25,349 bases of DNA from a virus (taxonomy: Duplodnaviria > Caudoviricetes): positions 1-25,349 of the IMG/VR virus record IMGVR_UViG_3300008255_000447. One strand, written 5' to 3'. Every line of letters starts with the position of its first letter. Positions within the stretch are counted from its first letter, which is position 1. Below, piece after piece: positions 15,721 through 25,349 of the stretch. The position numbers were made by a program, and so were the translations under genes. The notes below the pieces were generated by a model. It ran no database searches and was not told the DNA's origin. It saw only the letters and a program-made list of their open reading frames with translations.

Positions 15721-17322
15721 ATGGTTGACGGCCCCTTCAGTAGACGACGGCGACCGAGGCAGATGGACCTGTCGCTCGGGCAGCCTCCGAGTGCGCTTCG
15801 GCCGGCCGGGACGAACCGGGACCCGGCGCAGCCTCGGCCGGTCGGCACGCCGCCAACCTCGAACATCGGCATGAACAGGACCGAGTCGTTCCATCGGCGA
15901 GCGTCGCTTGCTCAGCCCGCTGGGCTGCGCGCCGGCGGAGGTAGCCCGCCGCCGGGGACGCCCGGGATCTTCGACATCCTCCGAGGCGTCAATTCTGGCT
16001 TTCGCCCGACCGGAGACGTTTCGACCGGTTCGGCTCTTGGGTCTCAGCTCGACACCTTCAACAGCCAGCGAAACAGGAACATGCGATCTGGCATTGGCGG
16101 GGGCGGTGGGCTGAGGCCGGAGACTGTATCGCCGGCCACACAGCCAGCCCGCCCGCCGGCCACCCCGCCGGGGACGCCTGTCGGTTCTTCCGTGCCGCCT
16201 GGAGCCATCGCCCCGGGCGCATCGCCGACGAACCCCGTAACGATTCCACAGGCACCAGCAAGCGCCGTGCAGCTCCCAGGCGCGGTGTCGCTTCCGGACC
16301 CGCAGAGCTTCGTTCGTCAAGGGCTGCAAACCTTCGACGCGGACGCGACGGTCCAGAACCAGCGCCAGATGGACGCGCTGCTTTCCGACCTCAACCGCCT
16401 TGGCGTCAACTCGCCACGTGTTGCCGATGCGGTCATGCGGAACGTGCTTGAGCCCAGCAACAGAAACCGGATGCTCCTCCAGTTCGAGTTGGAGAAGGAG
16501 GCCGAGGCGAGCCGGCAGGCCAATGCCCGGGACGAGTTCGGACTCAACCTCGACAGGTTCCAGGCTGGTCGGGTGTCTGAGGGGCAGTCCTTCTCCGAGG
16601 GTTTGCAGCGGTTCCATGCTGGTGAGAGCCAGGCCGGACGGCTCGGCGCCGAGGAGTTGGCCCGGTTCGAGTCTGGCCGCAACGTCGTCCAGCAGGATCG
16701 CGAGTTCGCTATCCAGCAGCGGGCGCAGGAGCTTCAGGCTCAGGGACAGTCCTTCGATCAGGCTGTCCGGGCCGCAACGACGGAGTTCGACCTGCGTGAA
16801 GGTGAGCAGCGTATTGGGCTCAACCAGATGCAGGCGAATCTTGCCGCCGAGCAGCAGTCATTCAATCAACAGATGGAGGCGTTCCGGGAGGGCAGGGCAA
16901 CCACGGAGCAACTTGAGGCGTCGGCTATTCGGGCCTTCCAGGCAGAACTCGGGGCGCGACAGCAGACGTTCGAGAACGAGGTCACCAAGCTCCAGCTTGA
17001 GGCCGGGCTTTCCCAGGCAGAGGCTGCGGAAGCCAGGGCAGCATTTCAGCAGTACATGGACTATCGCCGGAACGAGCAAAACGCCCTTCTGGAACTTACG
17101 AAGCTGTCGAGCCTCGAAGGCGCGGAGCGGGACCGGGCACTGCTGGAGCTGTTCCAGACGTCGGGGGCCTTCATCGAGGGCGCCATCACGAGGGCAATGC
17201 AGGCCAGAACGGCGGCTGCGGATACCCGGTCAACGAACCTGGAGGCTGACGCGGCGGCGCTGTCGGCCGAGAACACGCGAATCGCGGGCATCGGCGATCA
17301 GATTGCGGGGGTGTTCTCGTAA
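15721..17322 (+). CDS. Putative ejection protein 2 (DNA conduit), long helical repeat region
   Basis: 533 aa; disordered Pro/Gly N-half, Q/E/A-rich helical C-half with 18-aa periodicity. Confidence 0.62.
   Translation: MVDGPFSRRRRPRQMDLSLGQPPSALRPAGTNRDPAQPRPVGTPPTSNIGMNRTESFHRRASLAQPAGLRAGGGSPPPGTPGIFDILRGVNSGFRPTGDVSTGSALGSQLDTFNSQRNRNMRSGIGGGGGLRPETVSPATQPARPPATPPGTPVGSSVPPGAIAPGASPTNPVTIPQAPASAVQLPGAVSLPDPQSFVRQGLQTFDADATVQNQRQMDALLSDLNRLGVNSPRVADAVMRNVLEPSNRNRMLLQFELEKEAEASRQANARDEFGLNLDRFQAGRVSEGQSFSEGLQRFHAGESQAGRLGAEELARFESGRNVVQQDREFAIQQRAQELQAQGQSFDQAVRAATTEFDLREGEQRIGLNQMQANLAAEQQSFNQQMEAFREGRATTEQLEASAIRAFQAELGARQQTFENEVTKLQLEAGLSQAEAAEARAAFQQYMDYRRNEQNALLELTKLSSLEGAERDRALLELFQTSGAFIEGAITRAMQARTAAADTRSTNLEADAAALSAENTRIAGIGDQIAGVFS
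16555..16986 (+). repeat. Eight degenerate 18-aa helical repeats
   Basis: RFQAGRVSEGQSFSEGLQ / RFHAGESQAGRLGAEELA / RFESGRNVVQQDREFAIQ / QRAQELQAQGQSFDQAVR / AATTEFDLREGEQRIGLN / QMQANLAAEQQSFNQQME / AFREGRATTEQLEASAIR / AFQAELGARQQTFENEVT. Confidence 0.7.
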
Positions 17323-18536
17323 TGCCAAGCAACAGATTTCTGGTGACAACGGTTCCGGAGGCCTATTCTCGATTTCAGAACGAGCGATCGGAGCGTGACA
17401 AGAACGCTTCGTCGGCGGAATTGAACCGGGCATCAGCGAAGCGCCAGGAGGTCGAGGGGCGGCTTGCGGAGATGAAGATCCAGGCCGAGCGGGTAGGGAT
17501 CAGCGAGAAGATGTTTGACCTGTCGGTTCGCCAAGCATTGATGGGCGAGCCCGACTTGCTGAACTCCATCGACGATATGACTCGAACGTTAGGCCAGTCG
17601 TCGCCGGGTGGTGGTGGGTCTTCAATGTCGGCGCCGGAGCCGGAAACTTTCCAGCGGGAGGGGCTCACCCAGCCTGTTGCCGGGCAGGCCGCCGGCGCCA
17701 CGGCGACGCCGTTTCAGCCGTCGGGGTCCATCACGGACGCGGCGAGGCAAGGATCTGGCCTTGATTCGTTTCGCCCCACCGGCCTCATGGGGCAGTTGCG
17801 CGACAGGGCTGGTGTCGGCGGCGCCCAAGGGAAGGCTCTCGAATTTCTCATGCTTGAGAACTTCTCGAAGGACCCCGGTAAATTCGTTCGCATCCCGGGC
17901 CAGATTGGTAAGGACGTGGCGGGAACATTCTCACGTGAGAGTGCGGGGAATCTTAGCCGGTCGCGACAGGCGGAAGTCGAGACGCTTACGCCGCTTCGTG
18001 CGGGACTTCTCCGGGAGCGTACAGGCTCAGCATCACGGGCAAACCGGCCTTCCGCGCCATCTTCGTTGACGCCGGAACAGCAGACCATTCAGAAGCAACG
18101 GCTTGAGGCATCGATGATGCATGCAGAGGCTGAGCTTTTGAAAGGCAAAGCGAACTTGATGGAGGCCGAACGTCGATTTAAGGCAGTGATAACGCCCGCC
18201 GCGCCGGACGAAAGAACGGCAACGTCTCTGGCGCAAGAGCGGAAAGAGCGGGAGCGGGAATACCGCCAGAAGGTTGCCGCCGGGAACCGGCTCCGGGCAG
18301 AGTTGAAAGCCTACCGGTTCAAAACGTTGACCAGTGAAGAGCAAGACAAGGTGTTTCGTCTCACCGAGAACATCCGGCTTTTTGGTGAGGAAGCACAGAT
18401 GGCCCTTGACGGTCTCCCGCCACCGACAGGAGCCACGCAGCCGACAGCACCAGTATCGCCGGCGGCAGCACCGGCGCCAGGGGACCGCGGCCGGGCCATT
18501 CAGTTCATCATCGACAACGCCCGCCGGAGGCCGTAA
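17322..18536 (+). CDS. Putative ejection protein 3
   Basis: 404 aa; coiled coils with flexible linkers; TAATG coupling at both ends. Confidence 0.58.
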   Translation: MPSNRFLVTTVPEAYSRFQNERSERDKNASSAELNRASAKRQEVEGRLAEMKIQAERVGISEKMFDLSVRQALMGEPDLLNSIDDMTRTLGQSSPGGGGSSMSAPEPETFQREGLTQPVAGQAAGATATPFQPSGSITDAARQGSGLDSFRPTGLMGQLRDRAGVGGAQGKALEFLMLENFSKDPGKFVRIPGQIGKDVAGTFSRESAGNLSRSRQAEVETLTPLRAGLLRERTGSASRANRPSAPSSLTPEQQTIQKQRLEASMMHAEAELLKGKANLMEAERRFKAVITPAAPDERTATSLAQERKEREREYRQKVAAGNRLRAELKAYRFKTLTSEEQDKVFRLTENIRLFGEEAQMALDGLPPPTGATQPTAPVSPAAAPAPGDRGRAIQFIIDNARRRP

Positions 18537-21500
18537 TGGCTGACCTCTCCGAAGAGGAGGCTGGCATCATTTACGATGCCATGCAAGCCGATCCGTCGAT
18601 TTCGGTCGAAGCGGCGATAGACGCCTATCTTGAATTCCGTGATGGGTCCAGTTCCGCCGGGCCGATCGAGCCAACGACGGACGCCGCGGCGGGCGGCGGA
18701 TTCTCGTTTGCGCCGGCAGGGACTCCAGAGTCTTCGCTGTCTTCTCGGATCGATGAACCGGACGCGCAGCCTGCGGGGCCATCGCCCGCACCACTCCAGG
18801 CATCCTCGTTGGCGCCGACCGTAAGAAGAGACCAGGCGCTAGGAGAGTCGGAATCACTCGTAAAACAGGCGTCCGAGGCAGTTGTTGGGTTCCCATCTGC
18901 GATTGGCCGCCTTGCGAGTGGCGCCGCCAGCGCTGTGGAACAAACGGGCCGAGGGCTGATTTCCGGCGCTGCTGGGCTCGCGGGTGCTGTGGCTGGGAAG
19001 ATGGCAGAGGTTGGCCCATCAACGCTTGAGCCACTATATCCGGGGGCTTCTCAGTTGAGCGAGAAGCAGCAGCGGTTTATCGAAGCTGGCCGCGCCACTC
19101 GCGCCGATGTTGCCCGCCGGGCGCCGTCAGAGGCTGTCGAGCAGGCCGGGCTAGGCCTCGACCCCAGGATCGGTGGTAGGATTCGCCGCGCCTATCAGCC
19201 GCTTGCCGAGCACGTTCCGGCAATGGAGGGTGATCTTGTCGGGCAAGCGGCTCGGATCGGCGGCGCTGCCAGGAAGTTAGGGGAGTCGGTTGTCGGCGCC
19301 GATCTGGATCGGTCCTCGGAGGCTGGCGGCGGAATCAAGCTCGGGGAGCAGGGGAAGCCGCGAGGACTCGAGACCGTCTTACCGGCCGCGCAGGGACTCC
19401 TCGGCGAAACGATGGCGCCCATCATGGCGCCGTTCTCGGTCGGGTTCCAGTTGCCGGTTGAGGCCGTGGCCCAGTCGCTGCGTGACGCCGGATATCAGCC
19501 CGAGCCGCGGGGCGTCGAGGACGCTGTTCGCGCCGTCGCCAACATGGCCGAGCTGGTGGGGTCTCTGCCGATGGTCTCTCGGGCGCTATCGGCTGTTCCC
19601 GGGAAGCTCGCGCGCCCGATGTCCGCAGCCTTCGCCGCCGACCTTGCGACGAGTACCGGTGAGCAGGTGCAACAGGCGTCAGAGCAGGAGCAGAAAGTCA
19701 GCTTCGAGCAGATGAGCGACGCGGCCACCACGGCGGCGTTCGCGCTCATGTCGGCGATCCACGCTTCCCGGCCGCGCGGGCTTGAGACCCCGCCGCCAAC
19801 GAAAAACGAAACCGACTTTCTGCTCGACAAGATTCTCGAGGCCCCAGAGTTCCAAAAGATGCCAGACGGTACGGTTCGCCGTGTTGAGGTGCTGGTGAAT
19901 GAGGCGATGGAGAAGGCTGTGACAAAGGAGGCGGAACCCGCGGCGCCTTCCGTGCCCGTGGTCGAGCCAACGGCACCATCTCAACCGCCGACTCCCGCGA
20001 TCGCCGCCGATTCCAGCCAACCCACAATCCAGCCCATGCCGCGGTTGCAGGTTGGGCCACCTCAAGTCTCGCAGGGAACACGCGTAACCGCGCCAGAAGC
20101 GCGACCGGAAACGCGCGCCGACATCAGCCAGCCATTCGCCTTTCAGTCACCACAAGCGGAAGCCAAGGCACCAATCAGAAGAGATGCGCCGCCTTCGCCG
20201 CCGCCGGAAACGCGACCAGAAGCCCCGCCACCCGTAGCGCGAGAGGTCGCGAAGCCGCCGGCAGTCGAGCTCGCCAAGCCATCCGAGCCGGAGGCCCGGC
20301 CAGCCAGACTCGTGGAACTCCTCGACCGGGCCGCTTCTGGTGACGCATCGGTTGCCGACGCCATCAGGCAGCATCCGCGATTCACGCAGAAGGCAGAGAA
20401 GAAGCAGGTTGCCGTAGCCGAGTTCAGGAAGGTCGGAGGGGTCGCCCAGCGAAAGGCGATCAAGACGGCACTGCTTCGGGAAGATCCAAAGCTGGGACGA
20501 GAGCGCCTTGACCTACTTGCGGATGCTGCGTCTGCGGCGTTTCAGGGATTCGTTGAGGAGTCGCCCTTCGTGCTTCGAATTCCGGAAGGGCTTGAGTTCA
20601 ATCCCGAGCTTCGGCGGCTGACGCCCGCCCTGAAAGCCGGGCTCGAGATCAAGGATAGGACCCAGGCGCCAACAGAGGTCAAGCTGTCAGAGGTTGGCCG
20701 GTTCGCCGCCAAGAAAGAAGCCATCGAACGAGTCGACGAAGCGGTCGGCGTGCGGGAGGAAACGGGAAGGGCTGCGGCACGGGTAAAAACGTTGGTTGAC
20801 GAGTTGAACGCCGGCCTTGAGCCAGGAGCACGCGATGTTCGTCTGGCAGAGCTCCAGTCGGAGGTGCGGCGCTTCGAGGATCTGATCGTAAAAGCGGAAG
20901 AGGGAAAGAAGTCAGAGGAAAAGCAGGCGACAAGAGCGAAGAAAGCAGCCGAGAAGCGGGAGGATCTCCCTGCGCTCTTCAAGAATGTTCGCGAGGTCGT
21001 TGGAGACGGGTTGAGTGAGTCTGACATCTCCCTCGCGGAGAAGACTCTTGGCGCCGTCCTGAAGCGCGCCGCAGCTGCCGGGCGTGGCGATGATGTTGCT
21101 TCCCTCCGCAAGTTCGCCAGTGAACACGGGTTGGAGCTTCCTGACGTGCCGATGCCGAAGGACTATGTGGCGTCCGTTGACCGGGAGATTGCCAGGGCCA
21201 AGAAGGAGCCGCCGAAGATCAAGGGGTCCGTCTCGAACGTGGGTGAGAAGGGGCCGAGCGTCTCGTTCTCGTCAAGGAACACGCCGGCGATCGTTCGCCG
21301 GGTTGTCGATCCGGAAGTTGGATATAAAGCAGCCGTAGCCGAGACCAACCGGCCAGCCAAGCCACCCGTTGAAGGCGCCAAGGCGAAACGGCCGAAGCTC
21401 GTGAGGGTCCAAAAGGTAGCCGTTCCGGTAACCGACAGGCAAGCACCGACAGACGTTCGGTTATATCGCGTCAAGCCAAAGGCTGGCGCCGAAGCCAGCG

Positions 21501-23908
21501 GCGACCGTTACGGCGCCACCAAGGAGCACTTAGCCCGCTTCCGCAAATCTGGCGATCTTGGCGATCTAGTTCTGATTCCGGAAGGCTTCGATCGGGCCGA
21601 TCTACGACTTTACGAAACGTTCTTTGCCCCGCGCAAGGAGGACATGACATTCCAGAACGACCAAGGGATGGTGAGGATCGTTGGCCCCGTTGCAGAGGGC
21701 AAGATGGCTTCACGCCTTTGGGCCGGCAGCATGTATGAACGATTCACGCAGATCCTGGATTCCGGGCCGAAGGCGGCTCATGACGAGGTGAGGAACTTTA
21801 GGATCACCTTTGACGCCAGAAAGCGATCTGGAGAAAACCCGTCCGAGTCGGAGCTCTCAAAGCCAGCAAGAGACATGCTCCGCCAGATCAACGAGGAGGT
21901 CGAGCGGCCGGCGGCGCGGATGCTCGGGGTCGCGGAAGACAAGATTGAGAACCACCTTGCCCAAATCTACCTGAACAGGGAGATCGATTTCCTCCGCGAT
22001 TCTGCCGGTGGGAGTCAGTTCGAGAAGGAGCGGAAAAACCATTTCGATAGCGTCGAAGATGCGGAGGCGGCCGGCCTCCTAATGGATCAGCGGGTGGCCG
22101 AGTACATCTACCTTCAGGCTGTTGGCGACGCCCATTTTGTCAAGCCACGGTTGCCTGACGCGGCGGTCTGGATTGCAATGGCCCCGTCCGGGTCGAGAGA
22201 GCTCTACCGGAACATGCTGACGGACATCATCCATGGGCTGTCCATAAAGGCCAGAGACGCCGCATCCCGGTTCCCGCTCACCAGTGAAGGTTTGAACGCC
22301 TACACCGCCGTAGTCTACGCAGTGCAGCTCGGGGCGTTGCCGGCGGCATTGGTGAAGCGTGCTGGGTTTGGACTTGGTGCTCAAGTAGCCGCCTCCGTTG
22401 GAAACATGGCCGCCCCGGTGATCAACGCCTCACAGATGGCGCTTGCGAACGCTTTTGTTGGGCCCCGGGCAGTCGCTCGCGGGGTCTCTCTCATGGCCAA
22501 ACTTGGCCCGGAGAAGTTCTTTCGGCTCGCGAAACGCATGGGCTTTACCGGATCGGACTTCGGCGATGAGATGGCGCTTCTGATTCGCGACATGCGCCCA
22601 CCGAAGAGCGCCGTAGCCGACACGAGCAAGTTGACTCAATGGTTCTACGATAAGCTGAGTAGCGCCGCAAGTGGGGCTCGCGGGCTTGCCTCCGACTCAA
22701 TGATGGCATTCCTCGGCGTGGAGCAGATCATGCGCGGCGTTGTTGGCGTCGGGTCATTTGCTGACGCGCTCGACGCTGTAGCGCTGACGAAGGCTGACCC
22801 CTATCGGCTCTCGGTAAGGCTTGGCATGAGCAAGTACGCGCAGGGAGAGGTCCCATGGATCTTGGAGCCGCTCAAGACGGGAAACCATGAAGCGTTCGCG
22901 CGCCGGCTTGCGCAGTCGAATGTCGATTCGACGCTGTTCGCCTATGCACCGGAGAATCACAGCGGAATAATCCGGGCCATCCGTGACGCCGCCGGCCCGG
23001 CGTTAGGTCAGTCGGTGTCGCAGTTCTTGACGTTCTCCATGCAGATGTCATTCACCTACCTCCGGAAGATGGCCGGACTGAAGACCCGGTCACGGGCACT
23101 CGACACGCTACTGAAGGACAAGACATCACAATTCGTTGACGCTCAAGGCAAGGGGTTCGAGACGCAGGCAAACGAGATCCTGTCAGCGCTTCAGGAAAAG
23201 CGTGGCTTCAGCCGTCCGATGGCTCTGTTCACCTTCATCACGACGATTGGCGCTTACCATCAGGCGCTCCGGCAGACGGGCGTCAACATCGGCAGCTCGC
23301 TCGCGCTGGACCCTGACGACGTGATCCCGGGAGGGTCGCCGGCGGCGCAAGCGCTCAACGGGTTCTGGCAGTTCACCGGGGCGCTGGCTTCGGATCGGAA
23401 GAGCAGCAAGCAGGCGTCTGCGGTGTTCAAGGCCACGATGCGAGGGCTTGCGCGGTCACTTTCGCCGCGTAACTCACCGCGCATCCTGAACCTCCTCATC
23501 GACTACACTCATGCTGAGCCGGAGGAGAAGCACACGATCATCCGCAAGTTCAACCGGCTGGACCAGCGCGAAAAGGATCTCTTTTACGAGGTGTTCGGGG
23601 TGCAGAACGTGCAGGACATCGTCCACCAGATGGACGCCTTCCCTGTTCGAGACAGGAAGCATAATATCCTCTTCTATCAGGCGTTGCCGCAGGTCTTAGC
23701 GGAGGCGATCGGGTTCACGTCGGAACGTCGAGCTGCGGCGGTCTCTGCCAACGCATGGCTTGACGAGACGATGCGGCTAATTCGCGAGGATGGCGCGATC
23801 AGTCGAGGGGAGATGGATGGTTTAGAAAAGGCCATTCACGATTTCAAAACGAGGTACAAGGGTATCAGGGACACAGGCAGTAAGATGTTGCGGTCGGTGG
23901 TTCCATAA
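18536..23908 (+). CDS. Large internal virion/ejection protein (T7 gp16 / P22 gp16 position)
   Basis: 1790 aa; Ala-rich amphipathic N-region, Pro-rich linker, helical C-region with PVINASQ, STLFAY...SQFLTF; last gene before the lysis cassette; no enzyme motif recognised. Confidence 0.7.
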   Translation: MADLSEEEAGIIYDAMQADPSISVEAAIDAYLEFRDGSSSAGPIEPTTDAAAGGGFSFAPAGTPESSLSSRIDEPDAQPAGPSPAPLQASSLAPTVRRDQALGESESLVKQASEAVVGFPSAIGRLASGAASAVEQTGRGLISGAAGLAGAVAGKMAEVGPSTLEPLYPGASQLSEKQQRFIEAGRATRADVARRAPSEAVEQAGLGLDPRIGGRIRRAYQPLAEHVPAMEGDLVGQAARIGGAARKLGESVVGADLDRSSEAGGGIKLGEQGKPRGLETVLPAAQGLLGETMAPIMAPFSVGFQLPVEAVAQSLRDAGYQPEPRGVEDAVRAVANMAELVGSLPMVSRALSAVPGKLARPMSAAFAADLATSTGEQVQQASEQEQKVSFEQMSDAATTAAFALMSAIHASRPRGLETPPPTKNETDFLLDKILEAPEFQKMPDGTVRRVEVLVNEAMEKAVTKEAEPAAPSVPVVEPTAPSQPPTPAIAADSSQPTIQPMPRLQVGPPQVSQGTRVTAPEARPETRADISQPFAFQSPQAEAKAPIRRDAPPSPPPETRPEAPPPVAREVAKPPAVELAKPSEPEARPARLVELLDRAASGDASVADAIRQHPRFTQKAEKKQVAVAEFRKVGGVAQRKAIKTALLREDPKLGRERLDLLADAASAAFQGFVEESPFVLRIPEGLEFNPELRRLTPALKAGLEIKDRTQAPTEVKLSEVGRFAAKKEAIERVDEAVGVREETGRAAARVKTLVDELNAGLEPGARDVRLAELQSEVRRFEDLIVKAEEGKKSEEKQATRAKKAAEKREDLPALFKNVREVVGDGLSESDISLAEKTLGAVLKRAAAAGRGDDVASLRKFASEHGLELPDVPMPKDYVASVDREIARAKKEPPKIKGSVSNVGEKGPSVSFSSRNTPAIVRRVVDPEVGYKAAVAETNRPAKPPVEGAKAKRPKLVRVQKVAVPVTDRQAPTDVRLYRVKPKAGAEASGDRYGATKEHLARFRKSGDLGDLVLIPEGFDRADLRLYETFFAPRKEDMTFQNDQGMVRIVGPVAEGKMASRLWAGSMYERFTQILDSGPKAAHDEVRNFRITFDARKRSGENPSESELSKPARDMLRQINEEVERPAARMLGVAEDKIENHLAQIYLNREIDFLRDSAGGSQFEKERKNHFDSVEDAEAAGLLMDQRVAEYIYLQAVGDAHFVKPRLPDAAVWIAMAPSGSRELYRNMLTDIIHGLSIKARDAASRFPLTSEGLNAYTAVVYAVQLGALPAALVKRAGFGLGAQVAASVGNMAAPVINASQMALANAFVGPRAVARGVSLMAKLGPEKFFRLAKRMGFTGSDFGDEMALLIRDMRPPKSAVADTSKLTQWFYDKLSSAASGARGLASDSMMAFLGVEQIMRGVVGVGSFADALDAVALTKADPYRLSVRLGMSKYAQGEVPWILEPLKTGNHEAFARRLAQSNVDSTLFAYAPENHSGIIRAIRDAAGPALGQSVSQFLTFSMQMSFTYLRKMAGLKTRSRALDTLLKDKTSQFVDAQGKGFETQANEILSALQEKRGFSRPMALFTFITTIGAYHQALRQTGVNIGSSLALDPDDVIPGGSPAAQALNGFWQFTGALASDRKSSKQASAVFKATMRGLARSLSPRNSPRILNLLIDYTHAEPEEKHTIIRKFNRLDQREKDLFYEVFGVQNVQDIVHQMDAFPVRDRKHNILFYQALPQVLAEAIGFTSERRAAAVSANAWLDETMRLIREDGAISRGEMDGLEKAIHDFKTRYKGIRDTGSKMLRSVVP

Positions 23909-23943
23909 CAGAGGCGCGCCTTTCTGACTGGAGGACGCGAGCA

Positions 23944-24186
23944 ATGAATCCAGAGCTCACAGCGACATGGCGAGACGTGGAAGACATCGAGCGCCGGCTC
24001 AAGGACATCAAGACGGCGCTCACCGAGGAGATCAACCGCCCGCGGACGGATTACGACAAATGTCACGTGAGGATACCGCCGAGCTCCACAGCCTCAAGAC
24101 TACTGTCGAGGTATTACGATCTGAACTCGCGCACGTCCAGCGCCTTCTCGAAGATTTACGGCAAAATGCTCGGGAGAGATCGCTAG
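23944..24186 (+). CDS. Small coiled-coil hypothetical protein
   Basis: SD GGAGG 23930-23934; first ~39 codons have operon-like codon usage; 3' part overlaps the next ORF by 127 nt. Confidence 0.5.
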   Translation: MNPELTATWRDVEDIERRLKDIKTALTEEINRPRTDYDKCHVRIPPSSTASRLLSRYYDLNSRTSSAFSKIYGKMLGRDR

Positions 24187-24335
24187 AAGTGCGATCGATT
24201 CTCAGCGAACATCGTGACGTGATCGATCTCAACACTGAGGCGATCGCATGGGCCAGGACTACATTTAGAGTCGTTCTGTCCATTGCGTCCGCTGTAGCTG
24301 GCGTCGTCGCGTGGATGACGAGTAAGAGGAACTGA
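24060..24335 (+). CDS. Coiled-coil protein with C-terminal TM helix (holin/XhlA-like lysis accessory)
   Basis: MSREDTAELHSLK...VVLSIASAVAGVVAWM-TSKRN; directly upstream of the endolysin; start uncertain (ORF open from 23967). Confidence 0.6.
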   Translation: MSREDTAELHSLKTTVEVLRSELAHVQRLLEDLRQNARERSLEVRSILSEHRDVIDLNTEAIAWARTTFRVVLSIASAVAGVVAWMTSKRN

Positions 24336-24338
24336 ACC

Positions 24339-24926
24339 ATGGCGAGAGCGAAGCGGATCATCGCGCTGGATAAGGAACTCGTCGCGGAGTACGTGCGTCT
24401 GTGGGATTCGGTGAGCATCAATCCTGGCTCCGGGCCACTCGCTGGGAATCAGGCCATAAGGCTTTTCCAGCATCGCCAGCGGTACTGGGATGCTGGCGAG
24501 CCGATCGGCGTCCCGTGGCAATTCGTGGCCGTCATCCACATGATGGAGAGCGGCCAGCGGTGGAATAGACACGCCCACAACGGCGACCCGCTGACGGCGC
24601 GGACGGTCCATGTCCCTCGGGGTCGGCCACCGAAGCCCGCGAGGCCGCCGTTCACGTGGGAGGTTTCGATGCGTGACGCGCTCAAGATGAAGGGCCTCGA
24701 CTCGTGGGACCGGTGGGACGTGGCCGGGATGCTATTTCAGCTGGAGCGCTTCAACGGCTGGGGCTACCGGCTCTATCACCCTGAGACGCTCTCCCCGTAT
24801 CTCTGGGCCGGGACGAGCCACTACCGGAGCGGCAAGTATGTGGCTGACGGAAAGTGGAGCCCGACCGCCGTGTCGAAGCAAATTGGCGCCGTGGCGCTGC
24901 TCCGCTGCATGAGGTGGCCGACGTGA
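24339..24926 (+). CDS. Endolysin, lysozyme-family (COG5526-like)
   Basis: GVPWQFVAVIHMMES, HNGDPLTARTVHVPRGRP, LERFNGWGY, SPYLWAGT, GKYVADG, AVSKQIG; SD AGAGGA; no signal peptide. Confidence 0.9.
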   Translation: MARAKRIIALDKELVAEYVRLWDSVSINPGSGPLAGNQAIRLFQHRQRYWDAGEPIGVPWQFVAVIHMMESGQRWNRHAHNGDPLTARTVHVPRGRPPKPARPPFTWEVSMRDALKMKGLDSWDRWDVAGMLFQLERFNGWGYRLYHPETLSPYLWAGTSHYRSGKYVADGKWSPTAVSKQIGAVALLRCMRWPT

Positions 24927-25135
24927 CCATCGAGCGCCGCTCTGCGGAACTGATGGCCGAGGCGCACGAGCATGCCGCGCTGATCGTCGAGGAACTGACG
25001 GCGACGCTCCGCGAGACCGACTGCAATCGGTTCCGGAATCTGATCACCGCGGCACTCGTGGCCGCGAAGACCACGGTCACGAAGATCGCCGACGCCGAGA
25101 CGATCCTGCGGCTCGGCGCCGAGGTGGCGAGGTAG
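24923..25135 (+). CDS. Small helical hypothetical protein (70 aa)
   Basis: GTGA overlap with the endolysin stop; SD GAGGTGG; MTIERRSAELMAEAHEH... Confidence 0.6.
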   Translation: MTIERRSAELMAEAHEHAALIVEELTATLRETDCNRFRNLITAALVAAKTTVTKIADAETILRLGAEVAR

Positions 25136-25161
25136 ACTACTGACCGAGGAGGTCATCGACC

Positions 25162-25349
25162 ATGGGACGAAAAGACTGGCGTACTTTTTTGGGTGTCTTC
25201 ATCACTGCCGGCGTTGTCGCCGTACTGAAAAAAGTTGGGCTCTCCGATGAGATGGCCGTCGCCGCTGGTGGGCTGATCGCCGGGCTCTTCGGGACGAACA
25301 TCGCCGGCATCGCCTTCGAGGACGCGGGGGCGAAGCTCGGCGGCGCGCC
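25162..25349 (+). CDS. Putative holin, two TM helices, truncated by the window end
   Basis: Hand-translated MGRKDWRTFLGVFITAGVVAVLKKVGLSDEMAVAAGGLIAGLFGTNIAGIAFEDAGAKLGGA...; SD GAGGAGG 25146-25152; within the lysis cassette. Confidence 0.7.
   Translation, partial: MGRKDWRTFLGVFITAGVVAVLKKVGLSDEMAVAAGGLIAGLFGTNIAGIAFEDAGAKLGGA

Noticed and set aside
15292-17398. ORFs 15292-16617 (-) and 16400-17398 (+)
   Set aside because: Arg/Ser-rich off-frame shadows fully overlapping coupled ejection genes.
23909-23926. Palindrome AGGCGCGCCT followed by TTCTG as a terminator
   Set aside because: Stem too short once a loop is allowed, and the U-tract is weak.
25185-25191. In-frame T TTT TTG slippery heptamer in the holin
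   Set aside because: No evident stimulatory structure; the zero frame already gives a coherent two-TM protein.
1-25349. Stop-codon reassignment, introns/inteins, tRNAs, integrase/att, spanin lipoprotein
   Set aside because: Genes are intact and coupled under the standard code at expected sizes; no such motifs or lipobox seen in this window.

Overview
GC-rich tailed-phage (Caudoviricetes) DNA with podovirus-like gene order; no host genes or integrase are visible, so free phage versus prophage cannot be decided. From 650 to the right end one tightly coupled + strand late operon runs: terS, terL, small membrane protein, P22-like portal, scaffold, putative capsid decoration protein, major capsid protein, head-fibre-like protein, head-tail adaptor, nozzle, tail fibre plus partner, four ejection (internal virion) proteins, and a lysis cassette (lysozyme-family endolysin, holin-like proteins). 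Bases 1-400 hold two small leftward ORFs missed by the ORF track, separated from terS by a G-tract region where the strand G/C skew flips. The most unusual observation is that three proteins of the virion module (head-fibre-like 8160, tail fibre 12592 and its downstream partner 14201) begin with Sec-type signal peptides, suggesting that virion appendages are exported and matured outside the cytoplasm. All assignments come from motifs and gene order read by eye; no searches were run.
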